A stretch of 64,000 nt of DNA, taken from NCBI RefSeq assembly GCF_006345805.1, contig NC_043009.1:7812001-7876000 (forward strand), written 5' to 3'. The translations under genes were made by a program, and so were the position numbers. This DNA comes from Octopus sinensis. Lineage: Eukaryota. Below, piece by piece: positions 12,062 through 24,451 of the stretch. Position 1 is the first letter of the stretch. The number at the start of each line of letters is the position of its first letter. Under the pieces are notes generated by a model. The model saw only the letters and a program-made list of their open reading frames with translations. It ran no database searches and was not told the DNA's origin.

Positions 12062-12875
12062 TGTAACACCAGGGACCATCCGGACTCCCGTCTTCGTCGT
12101 GAACAAGAATTAATCTTCTCTCTTCACTCCTTTGCCCCACATGGGCTCAACTCTCCTTCCCTCTTCATCTAACCCCCTCCTCTCTCCTCCCTTTCTCTCA
12201 CACTTATTTCCTCCCTTCACTCCCACCCACCTCTTCTGCCCTCTCTTGTTCTGACACCTACTTCCTCTCTTCACTCCTACTCACCCTCTCCCTTCATTGT
12301 CACCCCAGCACTAAACACGCCCACCCCACTCTCCTTATACATCCCATCCCACACATTTCACTCCCACATACGCCACCCCCACCCTCACACCCACTCTTGC
12401 TTCCTCAACCTCGCCTCCTCCACACTCCAACACCACCACACTACATCACACCACTCCGCCCACACTAGCACTGACCACTTCCCAGCACCCACACCATCAT
12501 CCACACGCTACACATGCACACACGCACACGTCAAGGTCACCAGCCCTTATCCACACGGACATACACGCTCTCACATACACACGCACGCGCACCTTCATTT
12601 TGTGATCACTACTACTTTTTTATCTCCACTTCTTCCCAGCTCTCCTGTCTGACCACCTCTGACCGGCATTCGCCATAATTGATCGCAAACCACTAAATCT
12701 TTAAAATTTTCTCTCTCTGCTTATTTCTGTGTTCTTTTCTGTTGAAGAGCGTAGGCTCGAAACGTAAAAGACGTTCTCACTTCTCGAGCGTTAAATTAAT
12801 ACATCTGTTTGTTGTTTACACACCCATCTTCGTCTTTTGTTTTGTTTTATTGTATATTCCAACTATATATATTTA
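12062..12875 (+). mobile_element. Penelope-like element 3' part: GIY-YIG C-terminus, C-rich UTR, hammerhead (P2)
   Basis: Translation RLRREQELIFSLHSFAPHGLN resembles the Penelope endonuclease end motif (RE..xI..L....P.GLN). Hammerhead at 12733-12771. Confidence 0.7.
12733..12771 (+). ncRNA. Minimal type I hammerhead motif (P2)
   Basis: UCUUUU CUGUUGA A GAGC GUAG GCUC GAAAC GUA AAAGA; A6 is changed to U. A second copy is at 53313-53351. Confidence 0.55.
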
Positions 12876-13176
12876 TACACACATATATGTATATACGTAT
12901 AGCAGTTAGGAACAGCCATATCTTGGTCAGTCAGTGGAAGGACTTCACTACCTCATATGTTCTTAAAATTTAAATCCACATCTTTATCTGTATATCTACC
13001 TTCTCTACAATGTTGCCACTTGATTTGAAAATTTTTGCATTAATGGAAAACCTCTATAATTGGCTGATGAGTACTCAGCATCTTAAATCTGTTGTAATAC
13101 TTACAACATTTAATAAAATGATGTAGTACGAAACGATTGTACCAAATTACCGGAGTCATTCTTGTTGCTTATTTTG

Positions 13177-13218
<42 letters not shown>

Positions 13219-13232
13219 CATACATACATACA

Positions 13233-13266
<34 letters not shown>

Positions 13267-13282
13267 CATACATACATATATA

Positions 13283-13720
13283 CATCTCTTATTATAAAAG
13301 GCAGATTTTATCTGCCTCCCTTTGGGAGTTATACAAATCTACAATATAGGATTTCTTCAATTACAATTTACCTAGCATTTTTAACAGTACAATGCATCGC
13401 GTCATGCCAGGTCCAGTTTTTAAAATTTAAACTCCAATTAAGCAAAATTTACAGAAAACTCACATTCTGGTGTGTGTGTCAAATGCTTTTCTTAGTCTGG
13501 TTTACACCACACGCAAACGCACACACACAGTGTGCGACGAATAAAATGAAAGTAAATGTAATATTTGTTTCTGTCTATCACGCTGATAGATACATGAGTA
13601 AAATGTATGGGAAGCTAACAGATAACAGTGAGTGAAAATGTTCTTGGAAGAGAGTAAATTAGCGACAGAGTAATTTGAGGAAGACTAAACAGAAAGTATG
13701 AAACAGTGTTTATGTATAAA
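13283..13720 (+). mobile_element. Probable Helitron-like non-autonomous element
   Basis: A|TCTCTTATTATAAAA start resembles a Helitron 5' end. No 3' end was confirmed. Confidence 0.35.
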
Positions 13721-13736
13721 CAGACGACACTTATAT

Positions 13737-14050
13737 AAACCCTTTCGTTACCAAACCGCCCGAATTTACCTATTCATATTTAAATGAGAATATCAGAGTA
13801 AATCTCTTTAGTACATTCGTGAAAACACGTATTATACTTCGTAAACACTTCAAATACAGTTTTGTACAAAAATCGAAGTGTAATTTTAATTCCGTGAATT
13901 ATGGGAGATTTTTTTCCGAAATTTGTTCCTATTGTGTTTTCAAAATTTGTAATTCTGACAAAAAATGGATACGAATTTCATTATATCAAGCAGCGAGTCA
14001 GAATTCGAAGGATTTTCTACTGAAGACCTTCATAAATCTAACTCTATGAC
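13737..14050 (+). mobile_element. piggyBac-like left end with start of transposase
   Basis: TAAA|CCCTTTCGTTACC terminus and an acidic N-terminus MDTNFIISSSESEFEGFSTEDL. Confidence 0.5.
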
Positions 14051-14063
14051 TGAAAAAAAAAAG

Positions 14064-14390
14064 CATCTTTATATAAGAGTGAAGTTGTGTGTCTGTCTCC
14101 TACGATTTAGATTCCTAACTACTCCCACATTTTGCGGTGCAGTTTAACCAAAAGCGGGTATCTTATAGTCGTGATTCATATCGAGCCCTTCTGGGTATTA
14201 GCGTGCGTCTACGATGAGTCTACGATTTAAAAAAAAATTTACCATCATATTTTTCCATTTTAATGCATTTTTTTCGCTTTTATATAACGGAAGTAACTCT
14301 CTAAAAATATCTACGATGTGTCAACGATTTAAAAAAAAATTTACCTTAATTTTTTTTCAATTTTTAATGCATTTAATGCATTATATATAT
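14064..14390 (+). mobile_element. Helitron-like repeat, truncated
   Basis: Highly similar to 27085-27389. Confidence 0.7.
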
Positions 14391-15149
14391 ATATATATAT
14401 AAGTTCAGCAAAATTTAAATTCAAACGAATATGGTACTTAAGCCAGATGCACCAGAATTTTGTACAATATTATCCATATAAATCCATGGGATGATTATAT
14501 ATATATATATAAAATACAAAATGGGACAAGAACGCAAAACATCCAGATGACAGGGACGTCCCTTCTTCTCTTCATGCTCACTTTCCCTCCTCTTTCCACT
14601 TCACTGTATCCCTGTTATTTTTTCTCGCCCCCTCCTTATTTCTTCTGTCCCTCAGCCTCTACCTCTCTCTCTTCTCTCCCCACATGACCGGTGTTCGGCC
14701 AAGCCTAACCTTTTTTTATGGAACCATGTTGTTGGGAAGCAAGCTTCTTACCACACAGCCACGCCTGTGCCTAATGTAAATGCTATTTTTAGCAGGTCGA
14801 GCATCTATGTAGAAACGATGAGATAGATATATTATCTGTTGATGATGCTAATCACTGTGATACGAAGCTGTTTTTTGAATTGCCTGATCTGAAAAGTTGC
14901 TTTGTCAATGGCAACAACGTTGCTTCAGTCGTCTGCAGCAAATGACACAAACTGTTAGTTTTTGTTTTAGTTGCTTCTGTAGCTGTGGTTGATGTTGTTG
15001 TGCTGCTTTTGCTGTTGTTGTTGTCGTCGGTGTTGCTGTTGTTGTTGCTGCTGCTGCTGTTGAGCTGTTGCTGTTGAGTGAACGGTCTTCGTCCCAGAGC
15101 TCGCAAGATGGGAGAAGTCCGAAACGTGGTCCTTTGCTATTCGTAAGAC

Positions 15150-15444
15150 CCACAGAAGAGAAAGCAGGTCAACCCCCCGACACCGAGAGCATCGACGGAT
15201 GGATGAATGCGCATCCAGGCTCAGCGGTTGCGTAGGAAGTCGGGGGACAAGAAACAAGAAGAAAGAGTGAGAGAAAGTTGGAGCGAAAGAGTACAATAGG
15301 GGTCACCACCACCCCCTGCCAAGAGCCTCGTGGAGCTTTAGGTGTTTTCGCTCAATAAACAAACACAACGCCCAGTCTGGGAATCGAAACCGCGATCCTC
15401 CGACCGCGAGTCCGCTGCCCTAACCACTGGGCCATTGCGCCTCC
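15150..15444 (-). mobile_element. SINE-C
   Basis: Same head as 1-122. Confidence 0.8.
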
Positions 15445-15877
15445 ACTTTGCTGCTGCTGTCATTGCTGTTGCTGTGTTGTTGATGCTGTTGATGATATTA
15501 ATGTTGTTGAAGTAGTTCTTGTTGTATTGATGTTGTTGTTGTTGTTGTCTATCGTCGTTGTTTTAACTTCATATCAGCTTTGATGAAGCAGATCAATGAT
15601 CAAAGTCATTTCAACTGTGACCATCCAGTTTATTTTTGTCTTTTCGCTTTTTATTTCTCGTGCATTGTTTATATCCGGACTACATAACCCAGTGTTATGT
15701 AGTCCGGATATAATTTGAGAGAGATTTGGTAGCTATTTCTAGTAGTGGCTCTCTTCTTGGATAGGTTCACAAGGAAACCGGATATGGAACAGGAGTGAGC
15801 GCCCTCTATTGGCAAATATATTTTGATTGCTTAAGTTCTTTTATCACTGCTCGCTCGGTTTCACTGTAAGGCTAAGA

Positions 15878-16262
15878 CATGGCTGTGTGGTTAAGAGGCC
15901 CACTTTACAGCCACGAGGTTTCAATTTCAATACCATTGAGCAGCACCTTGGACAAGGAACTTCCATATCTCCGGGCTAACTTATGACTTGCGAATGAATC
16001 TGGTGAATGGAGACTTTGTGGAAGCCTGTCGTGTGTGTGTGCGTCTGACTTTCTGTTTGTGCTTGTACTCCCCACTGCTTGACAACCAGTGTTGGTTTGT
16101 TTACGTCCCTGCAACATGTGCAGTTCGGCAAAATAGACCGACAGAATAAGTAGCAAACATTAAAAAAATAATAATAAATACTGGGGTTGATTGTTCGACT
16201 AATCCTTCAAGGTGAGTATGACCATACTCCAATGACTGAAAGAAGTGAAAGATAAAGATAGA
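15878..16262 (+). mobile_element. SINE-A, diverged
   Basis: Recognisable head, central (TG)n and tail. Confidence 0.75.
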
Positions 16263-16635
16263 AAAACGTAAAATGTGAGAAATAAAGAGGACAACCGAAA
16301 ACCAAAAAGTACCATACTCTATTGCTCCTACTTGGGCGGATGCCAAACTGCACTCATGTTATATATTCGTTGTGACTCCTTTGCAATCTGAGTTCGAATC
16401 ACGCTAAAATCAATCATCACTTCCATCTTATTGGAATGGTGGATTGGTGAGGATCGTTAGCAGAATGGACGAATTACTTTGCAGTGTTTGTCCTTGTAAT
16501 TATGCGTTCTGAGTTCGAATTCTGACTGAAGGAATTCAAATCCCATTGATGGCCAGAACTAACTGCGAGACCACAACAGCTAATTATGAAAGCTGCGATG
16601 GGTGAAGAAGGATTGTAGCTGTCTGTTACTTCGGT

Positions 16636-17198
16636 AAGAAGAAGGAGGAGGAGGAGGAGGAGGAGGAGGAGGAGGAGAGAAGAAGAAGAAGAAGAAGAAG
16701 AAGAAGAAGAAGAAGAAGAAGAAGAAGAAGAAGAAGAAGACGACGACAATGATGACGATGATGAAAATGGTGATGATGACGATGACTGCGACAAAGATGA
16801 TGATGGTGATGATAATAAGGATGATGATGATAACCACGATGATGATGATCATAATGATAATGATGATAAAGGTGTTGATGATGATAATGATGATGATGAT
16901 CATCATCATAATGATAATGATGACAACGGTGATGATGATGATGATGATGATGACGACGACGATGGCGACGACGACGACAAGGACAAAGATGATGATGATG
17001 ATGATGAGAATGACGGCGATGATGATGACCACGATGTATCATGTAGCTAGGGGAACCTCATGATACTACGACATCCATATTCATCCGTTGCAAAGGGACA
17101 AACATCTTGTCTTAATTGATTTTTCTGAAGCAAAGAATCAGCCGACGACTCTAAACGCCATCGCCGCCACCACCACCACCACCATCACCATCATCATC

Positions 17199-17229
<31 letters not shown>

Positions 17230-17765
17230 ACATCACTACCATCATCTTCATCATCATCGCTATCGTCTTTACTATTACCACCACCACCAACACCATCGTT
17301 ATCATCATGCATGGATCATTGTCTTCATTCTAACAACCACACTCCACCACCACCATCACCATCATCACCACCACCACCATCACCATCATCACCACCACCA
17401 CCACTACCATCACCACCATCACCATCATCATCATCATCATCATCACCACTGTTACAGCCATTGTGTTCGTCTGTTATCTCCATAATACTCCTTATCTTCG
17501 TCATCACCACCACCATCATCATCATCATTAACCGTCACCATGAATGCAATGGCAGTGGTATCCGTATCATCCAAGTATTTCAGTGGTTGAGACCATTGAG
17601 ATTCACCATTCTTTTAAAGCTCCGTATTTGCTCCCTGGCCGACGAATTTATCACGTCTTCTTTAAAGGCTGTGTTGTGTTGTTTTGATACCTACAGGGAC
17701 ACCGCGGATGCTGATGCTGCTGCTGATAATGCTGATGATGAGGATGATGGTAGTGGTGGTGATGG

Positions 17766-17798
<33 letters not shown>

Positions 17799-17799
17799 C

Positions 17800-17833
<34 letters not shown>

Positions 17834-18040
17834 GTGATGATGGTGATGGTGATGATGGTGATGATGATGATGATGATGTTGATAATGATGATGATGATGT
17901 TGGTGATGATGATGGTGGTGATGATGATGATGATGATAATGATGATGATGGCGATGATGATGATGTTGGTGATGATGATGATGGTGATGGTGATGATGAT
18001 GATGATGATGATGGTGATGCTGGTGGTGGTGATGATGATG

Positions 18041-18072
<32 letters not shown>

Positions 18073-18610
18073 GTTGATGGTGATGATCATGGTGATGGTG
18101 ATGATGGCAGTAATTGGGTGAGTAATGAGTGATGATAGCAACTGCACGAGGACGAAATGATGAGGAGGATGCGGATGCAGAGGAGGAGAGTGGAGACGGA
18201 CAGTGTTCGGTGATGGTGGTGTTGGCAAGTAGTGATGAGGTGGTTGCGAGGAATATTGTCTGAAGGGAGTCCGGTGATAACAGAGGTGATGGTGGTGGTG
18301 GTGGTGGTGGTGGTGGTGGTGGAGGCGGTGATGGTGGAGGCGGCGGTGGTGGTGGTGGTGGTGGTGGTGGTGGTTGTGGTGGTGGTGGTGGTGGTGGTGG
18401 TGATGGTAGTGGTGAAGTTGGAAGTGGTAGCAGTGGTAGACGAGGTGGTGGTGATTGTGGTGGTAGTGGTGTGAAAGCGTGGGGGCGTGATAGTACTAAT
18501 GGTATTATTGGTGGTCAGGGTTAGTTTTTACTACAATTTTATAGTCATGGTGGTGGTAATAGTTACGGTGGTGGTGGTGGGGGGGGTGATGATGATGATG
18601 ATGATGATGG
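16636..18610. repeat. 2-kb cluster of trinucleotide repeats (GAG/GAA/GAT/CAT/CAC/GGT)
   Basis: Directly visible. This is the source of the poly-D/M/H/S/V/I ORF artefacts. Confidence 0.95.
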
Positions 18611-18954
18611 TTAGAGCTGAAATGGTTAATGTATGATAGCAGTGTGGGAGGAGTTAAATAATAATAATGAAATTATAGTGCTCGGGTGCAGTACAACAGT
18701 TGTTGATCATCTTTACTAAGCAAAGGCATTCCAGCCGTGACAATCTCATTTATGATTATGAATTCATTGTAGGGTTTGATTTGAAAGAAAATTGGCTGCT
18801 ATTTCTTCTAAGTTCAGCTCCAGCATAAAGGCTCCCTTGTTGGTTCGGTGTTAGTGCATTTGTGGTGGTGGTAGCGGTGGTGGTGGTGGCATTTGTGGTG
18901 GTGGTGGTGGCGGCGTGTTACGTTTGGGTCGAGAACCTATTGGGATTTTGGTGC

Positions 18955-19329
18955 TCCTTAGATCCTCCTTTTCTTACAAACATTATTTACATTATTTACA
19001 TTTGACGGATATTTGTCCTCATCTTGTTTGTTGTTAACACAACGTTTCAGCTGATATACCTTCCAGCCTTCATCAGGTGTTATGGTGGAATTTTGATCCC
19101 AGCCCTGGGTTCTCATTCCTAAGGTATTTTTTGATGTTGTTGTTGTTGTTGTTGTTGTTGTTATTATTATCATCATCGTTGTTGTTGTTTTTATTAATAG
19201 TATTATTATTTATTCAAGGCACTGCCTGGAATTGAACTCGGAATCTTGCGGTTAGTAGCCCACGCTCTTAACCACTACCTCGGATTAACCACAAGATTCC
19301 GAGTTCAAATCCAGGCAGTGCCTTGAATA

Positions 19330-19389
<60 letters not shown>

Positions 19390-19545
19390 CACAACAACAA
19401 CAGCATCAAAAAATAACTTAGGAATGAGAACCCAGATTTGGGTTCAAAATTCCACCAGGACACCTGATGAAGGGTGGAGAGTAAATTAGCCGAAATATTG
19501 TGGCAACAACAAACAAAATGAGGACACATAACTCATCTCAAAAAT
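18955..19545. mobile_element. Head-to-head pair of a tRNA-headed, hammerhead-bearing element (P3)
   Basis: The - copy runs 19281 to 18955 and the + copy 19284 to 19545. Each has a tRNA-like segment, an (AAT/AAC)n tract and CTGATGA...GAAA. Confidence 0.75.
19035..19082 (-). ncRNA. Type I hammerhead ribozyme motif (P3), core intact
   Basis: UAACAC CUGAUGA A GGCUG GAAGGUAUAU CAGCU GAAAC GUU GUGUUA: 6-bp stem I, 5-bp stem II, palindromic ACGU stem III. Confidence 0.75.
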
Positions 19546-19719
19546 ACAGAAAAGCTATTTCTTCAGTGCGTAATTAAATTCTGTCTTTGTGCAGCTGAGG
19601 ATTGCTCTGCATTTAAATTGATGTAGTTCAATTAAATAGAGTTGCGCGAAACGATCGTACTGCTTAACCTTTGGATATCCTTGTTGCTTATCTTGATTCT
19701 AAGCATATGAAAAGTATAT

Positions 19720-20100
19720 GTGGAAAACTGCATTTAAAAATATCCATTTTCAGAAAGTTATGAGGAAACAAAGTCAATTTATGTGCATTATCCGAAACCT
19801 CTCTCCCCGCTCCCTGTTCAATCCTGCAAGAAATTTTTTTCACCACTAATTCCGAAATAATCGGAATCTACAGCATCTGAAAGGTATTCATACAAAATTT
19901 CATAACAAAATATTCATTTTACAGAAAGTTACAAAATCGATTCACGCGAATTATTCGAAACCCCCATCCTGCGAAAAAAAAAAAAGAAAAAAAGTTCACC
20001 GAAAATCCGAAATAAATGGAATCTACAGCATGTGAAATGTATTTGTGGCAAATTTGTTTAAAAATATCCGTTGTGTATGAAGTTATGAGGAAACAAAATC
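19720..20100 (+). repeat. Degenerate ~170-bp tandem repeat of a dispersed family
   Basis: Repeats of TCCGAAATAA..GGAATCTACAGCAT and AAGTTATGAGGAAACAAA. Related fragments at about 39660 (-) and 40270. Confidence 0.55.
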
Positions 20101-20599
20101 AGGGGCAGAGAAAGCACATTTGTGTAATTATACCAGATTTGTGTCCTCTGCTGCGTGGCCTAACGCATAATTATTAATCGTGGGTGGTAATCGTTTAAGA
20201 CTCCCTTTTCTATTTCCTCAATACATGCCTTCCTCGTCGCATTTCAACGCAAATCTGCAAATCGAATGGGGGAAAACAAATGTCAGGCCATCTTGACACT
20301 AAACACCAAATAAAGGCTTAGGTTAAAGTTGTGCGCTAACAATAATAATTGTAAACAATATCAATAATAAATTGTAAAAATGTTGCAAATACATAATATA
20401 TCTGCAATAAATAATAGCTATTGGTAAGAAATAAAGTTGATGTATAGTTGTTTCATTACTGTTGCGGGATGAGGCGAAGTACATACGTACCACGCACTGA
20501 ATGAGGAGCGTTAACAAATGCACGACGCGTATATTATGTGTTTATATACACGAACAAAAACGCATGTCAGACTTATTGTATATAGATGTTTATATAGAT

Positions 20600-21476
20600 A
20601 CATAGTACATACTTTTATACATACATACATGCATGTATACATACATAGATACATAGATACATACATACATACATACATCCATACATCCATACACGTTTGT
20701 ACAAACATACATGCAAACATACATACATACATACATACATACATACATACATACAAGCGTGCACGTTCGTACGTACATACCTACATACAAGCATACACAT
20801 TCGTACATACATACATACATACATACATACTGACGTTCATGCGTACACGTTCGTACAAAAAGTATACATACATACAAAAGTATACATACATACATACAAA
20901 CGTACGTACATGCATACATACATACTTACACACATACATACATACATACATACATACATACATACATACATACATACATACATACATACATACATACATA
21001 CATACATACATGGTGGCTGCCCCCTCGTTATCGAGTATGGCCATTGCACGAAGCTTAATCAGTGTCGTTAACGTGCAATGTCTATGCAAGAAGACTTTTT
21101 TTTTAAGTGAGGAAAGGCTGTGCACTGAGTCAATCCCACTCGCTAAGCAACAGCAGCCATAATCCGAAAAGAAGAACAAGTCAACATCATCGGTAACCAC
21201 TGAGCCGCAGGTTTTATGTCGGAGTTATCCCAGTTACCTGTGTTACCTTCTCCTAGAAGGATGCCCTAACAAAGGCTAGGAGTCCTTCACTCCCAATGGT
21301 TCAACCGCGCGCGCCCTTTGACGGGCTTTGTTTTTCATCCCTCAGGGTGTCCAATAAACACCCTCCTCACCAAGCAAGCTTGGTGGGGTTGCCAGTTTAG
21401 TCGCCGACGACCCAACCATGCAACAAGTTGTACGGAGTTACCTGTTACCAGTAGCACTCGAAAGTGACCTGACATT

Positions 21477-21507
<31 letters not shown>

Positions 21508-21537
21508 CATACATACATACATACATACATACATACA

Positions 21538-21571
<34 letters not shown>

Positions 21572-21663
21572 CACACGCACACATACATACATACATACAT
21601 ACATACATACATACATAAATACATACATACATACATACATACATACATACATACATACATACA

Positions 21664-21690
<27 letters not shown>
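20600..21690. repeat. (TACA)n field interrupted by an element at 21011-21476
   Basis: Directly visible. Confidence 0.9.
21011..21476 (-). mobile_element. Non-coding RTE-derived (bipartite-like) retroelement
   Basis: Reverse strand has GGGCATCCTTCTAGGAGAAGGTAAC, which I recall as similar to RTE 5'UTR motifs. There is no ORF, and the 3' end runs into (TGTA)n. Confidence 0.45.
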
Positions 21691-21696
<6 letters not shown>

Positions 21697-21825
21697 GCGT
21701 GCACGTTCATACGTACATACGTGTGCGTTCGTACATGCTTACGTATATGCATACAATACTTGCATTACAAAACATACGTCGGACTTACTGTACATAGATG
21801 TTTATTTACATACATACATACATGT

Positions 21826-22130
21826 GGAGGCACATATCCTAGTGGGTAGAGCAAGCGGACTCACGGTCGTGGGATCACGGGTTCGAATCTCAGACCTGGC
21901 GATGTGTGTGTTTATGAGCGAAACACCTAAGCTCCACGTGACTCCGGCAGAAGGTAATGGCGAACTTCTGCCGACTCTTTCGCCACAACTTTCTCTCACT
22001 CTTTCCTCCAGCATCTTGCAGCTCACCTGCGACGGACCGGCGTCCCGTCCAGGTGGGAAACCTATACGCCAAGGAAACCGGGAGTCTGGCCCTTATGAGC
22101 CAGGCATGGCTCAAGAACGAACAAACAAAA
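21826..22130 (+). mobile_element. SINE-C variant
   Basis: tRNA-like head and the shared AAAACACCTAA(A)GCTCCACG body. Confidence 0.75.
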
Positions 22131-22436
22131 ATATACATACATACACACACATACATGCATACATACATAATACATACATGCGTAATTACATAAATACACA
22201 CATACTAACAGATACGTACACACAAAACTTGCATTAAGATGTTAAAAACCGACCAAACAGAGACACTTTCTGCACAATCACTGGACCTGCCAGAAATAGC
22301 AACCAAATCTCCCCCAAGTCATATTTTAGTGTCTTAAAAGAGAAGGGTCACATTGGGCACTGAATGTAGTTCTAGATATACGAAGTTGGAGAAAAGGACG
22401 GACGAAATAGTCGCTGTTGGAATGTTTTCATTCGTA

Positions 22437-22842
22437 AGTCTCTTTTACTTGTTTCAGTCATTTTGACTGCGGCCATGCTAGAGCACCGCCTTTAGTCGAG
22501 CAAATCGCCCCCAGGACTTATTCTTTGTCAGCCTAGTACTTATTCTATCGGATTTTTTTGCCGAACCGCTAAGTTACGGGGACGTAAACAAACCAGCATC
22601 GGTTATCAAGCGATGCTGGGGACACACACACAAACACACACACACATATATATACATATACATATATATATATATATACAACGGGCTTCTTTCAGTTTCC
22701 GTCTACCAAATCCACTCACAAGGCTTTGGTTGGCCCGAGGCTATAGTAGAAGACACTTGCCCAAGGTGCCACGCAGTGGGCCTGAACACGGAACCATGTG
22801 GTTGGTAAGCAAGCTACTTACCACACAGTCACTCTTGCGCCT
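22437..22842 (-). mobile_element. SINE-A
   Basis: Full-length match to the other copies. Confidence 0.9.
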
Positions 22843-23170
22843 CATGATATATGACCTGTCTGGGTTTCAACAAAAGCATCATTGTAAATACACACACGTA
22901 CGCGCATGTGTGTGCGTGTGCGCGCTTGCGTCTATCTATACGCAAACGCCTTGGATCAGTAGCTTCCTATCAGATCATCCAATAGTCTTGCGTGTTGAGA
23001 GAGTTTATTGCCTCCTTCTTTCAGGCAATGCCAGCGTACCCCTGGCTTCTGTTTTATTGCCCACTCTCTTCTTTCCATACATCAATTACTTACTTGCAAT
23101 CGCATCCAACAACATCCGCTCTTCTCACGCTGACGCAAGCAAGACTTCGAAGCCAGGAACTCACAGCGGT

Positions 23171-23360
23171 GGAGGCGCAATGGCCCAGTGGTTAGGGCAG
23201 CGGACTCGCGGTCGTAAGAGCGCGGTACCGATTCCCAGACCGGGCATTGTGAGTGTTTATTGAGTAAAAACACCTAAGCTCCTCGAGGCTCCGGCGGGAG
23301 TAGTGGTGAACCCCACTGTATTCTTTCACCACAACTTTCTCTCACTCTTTCTTCCTACTT
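23171..23360 (+). mobile_element. SINE-C, 3' truncated
   Basis: GGAGGCGCAATGGCCCAGTGGTTAGGGCAGCGGACTCGCGG head. Confidence 0.85.
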
Positions 23361-23836
23361 CTTCCACAAAGCAGAGGAACCATGGTGTAACCCACTATGG
23401 TGTGGTAAATTTTCAGACCCTAGTGTAGATTGCGAATCTTCTGTAACCCAGGATGGGTTCAGCTCTCCACCCGTTAAAAGCCACCGGTTACGGAATGAGA
23501 ATAACAACGTAACTTTCGCACCCGTGCAACCGCCAGTCTATCGCGTGTGGTGGGTGGATCTTCAAATTGCCACACGCATTCTTAGCTCAGTAATAGTTGG
23601 GTTTCACTATCACACAGGTTTTTCCCTGGCAATAGCACATCTTCAACATAGCCAAGCCTGCACCCCAACGCCTGACTCTTCTTTTCAGAGCCAGATATAT
23701 TTCACCCTCCAGTAATTATTGATTTCCTGGAAGGCTCAGGCAATGCTCACAAAGATGTATTGCTTCAACATCTGACACGGCGCTTATGCTGCTGCTGCTA
23801 CTACTACTACTACTACTACTGCACACATAGATACAC

Positions 23837-24004
23837 CAGGGTCGCCTTAAGACATGAGCACACTGGGCAGCCGCCCGAGGGTCATATGGATCTAGGGGCC
23901 CAATTCTGATCTATGTGTGTTGTGGCTTTCTGTCAATAACAGATACTTCAGGACCCAGTGCACTGATTTTTCCGGGGACCTATAAAGCTGTTAAGACAGC
24001 CCTG
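23837..24004. mobile_element. hAT-like MITE
   Basis: TIRs CAGGGTCGCCTTAA / TTAAGACAGCCCTG. Flanks AGATACAC / AGACACGC (6/8 match). Confidence 0.6.
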
Positions 24005-24451
24005 AGACACGCTCTAACTCTCCAACTCACAAGCGCATTGTCCCTTCTCCCTACCGTTTCTACTGATTCTGCATTAACCCCTGCAAATCGGAGTTGGCTG
24101 GGCTCAAGCTGCCTCTGCTCAGACGTTCCTCTTCTCCTAATCCCTTCTCCTTTCATCGCTCATGTTGTATCCAGCCGTCCAGACCCCGCTCTCTTCATTT
24201 ACACCCAAGAATGTTAACAGTCTAGAATTCCCTATTTTGCTCATATTTCTCGTTGACGTTGACATTAAAAGGTTCGAGAGGAATATTAACGAGACCAATC
24301 TTACCGGCCCAGGAGGGCCTGCGCTTCCTTCAAATACAGCAATTCCTTTCCCCAAAGAATATGCTATTAACTATAAGTTAACCACATTTAATTAATCATA
24401 GATTTTTCTAATATACATTCTTTATGTATGCGATACTGATCTCAAATTTTG

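Noticed and set aside
17036-17066. GTATCATG...CATGATAC hairpin
   Set aside because: 8-bp arms are within chance expectation.
17311-18228. Long ORFs with poly-D, poly-M and poly-I runs (273, 188 and 145 aa)
   Set aside because: These are translations of (GAT)n/(CAT)n tracts open in several frames on both strands, with no splice or domain support.
24137-24355. Collagen-like GSAGPPGP followed by GTAAGA on the - strand
   Set aside because: Only two Gly-X-Y triplets and no convincing acceptor.
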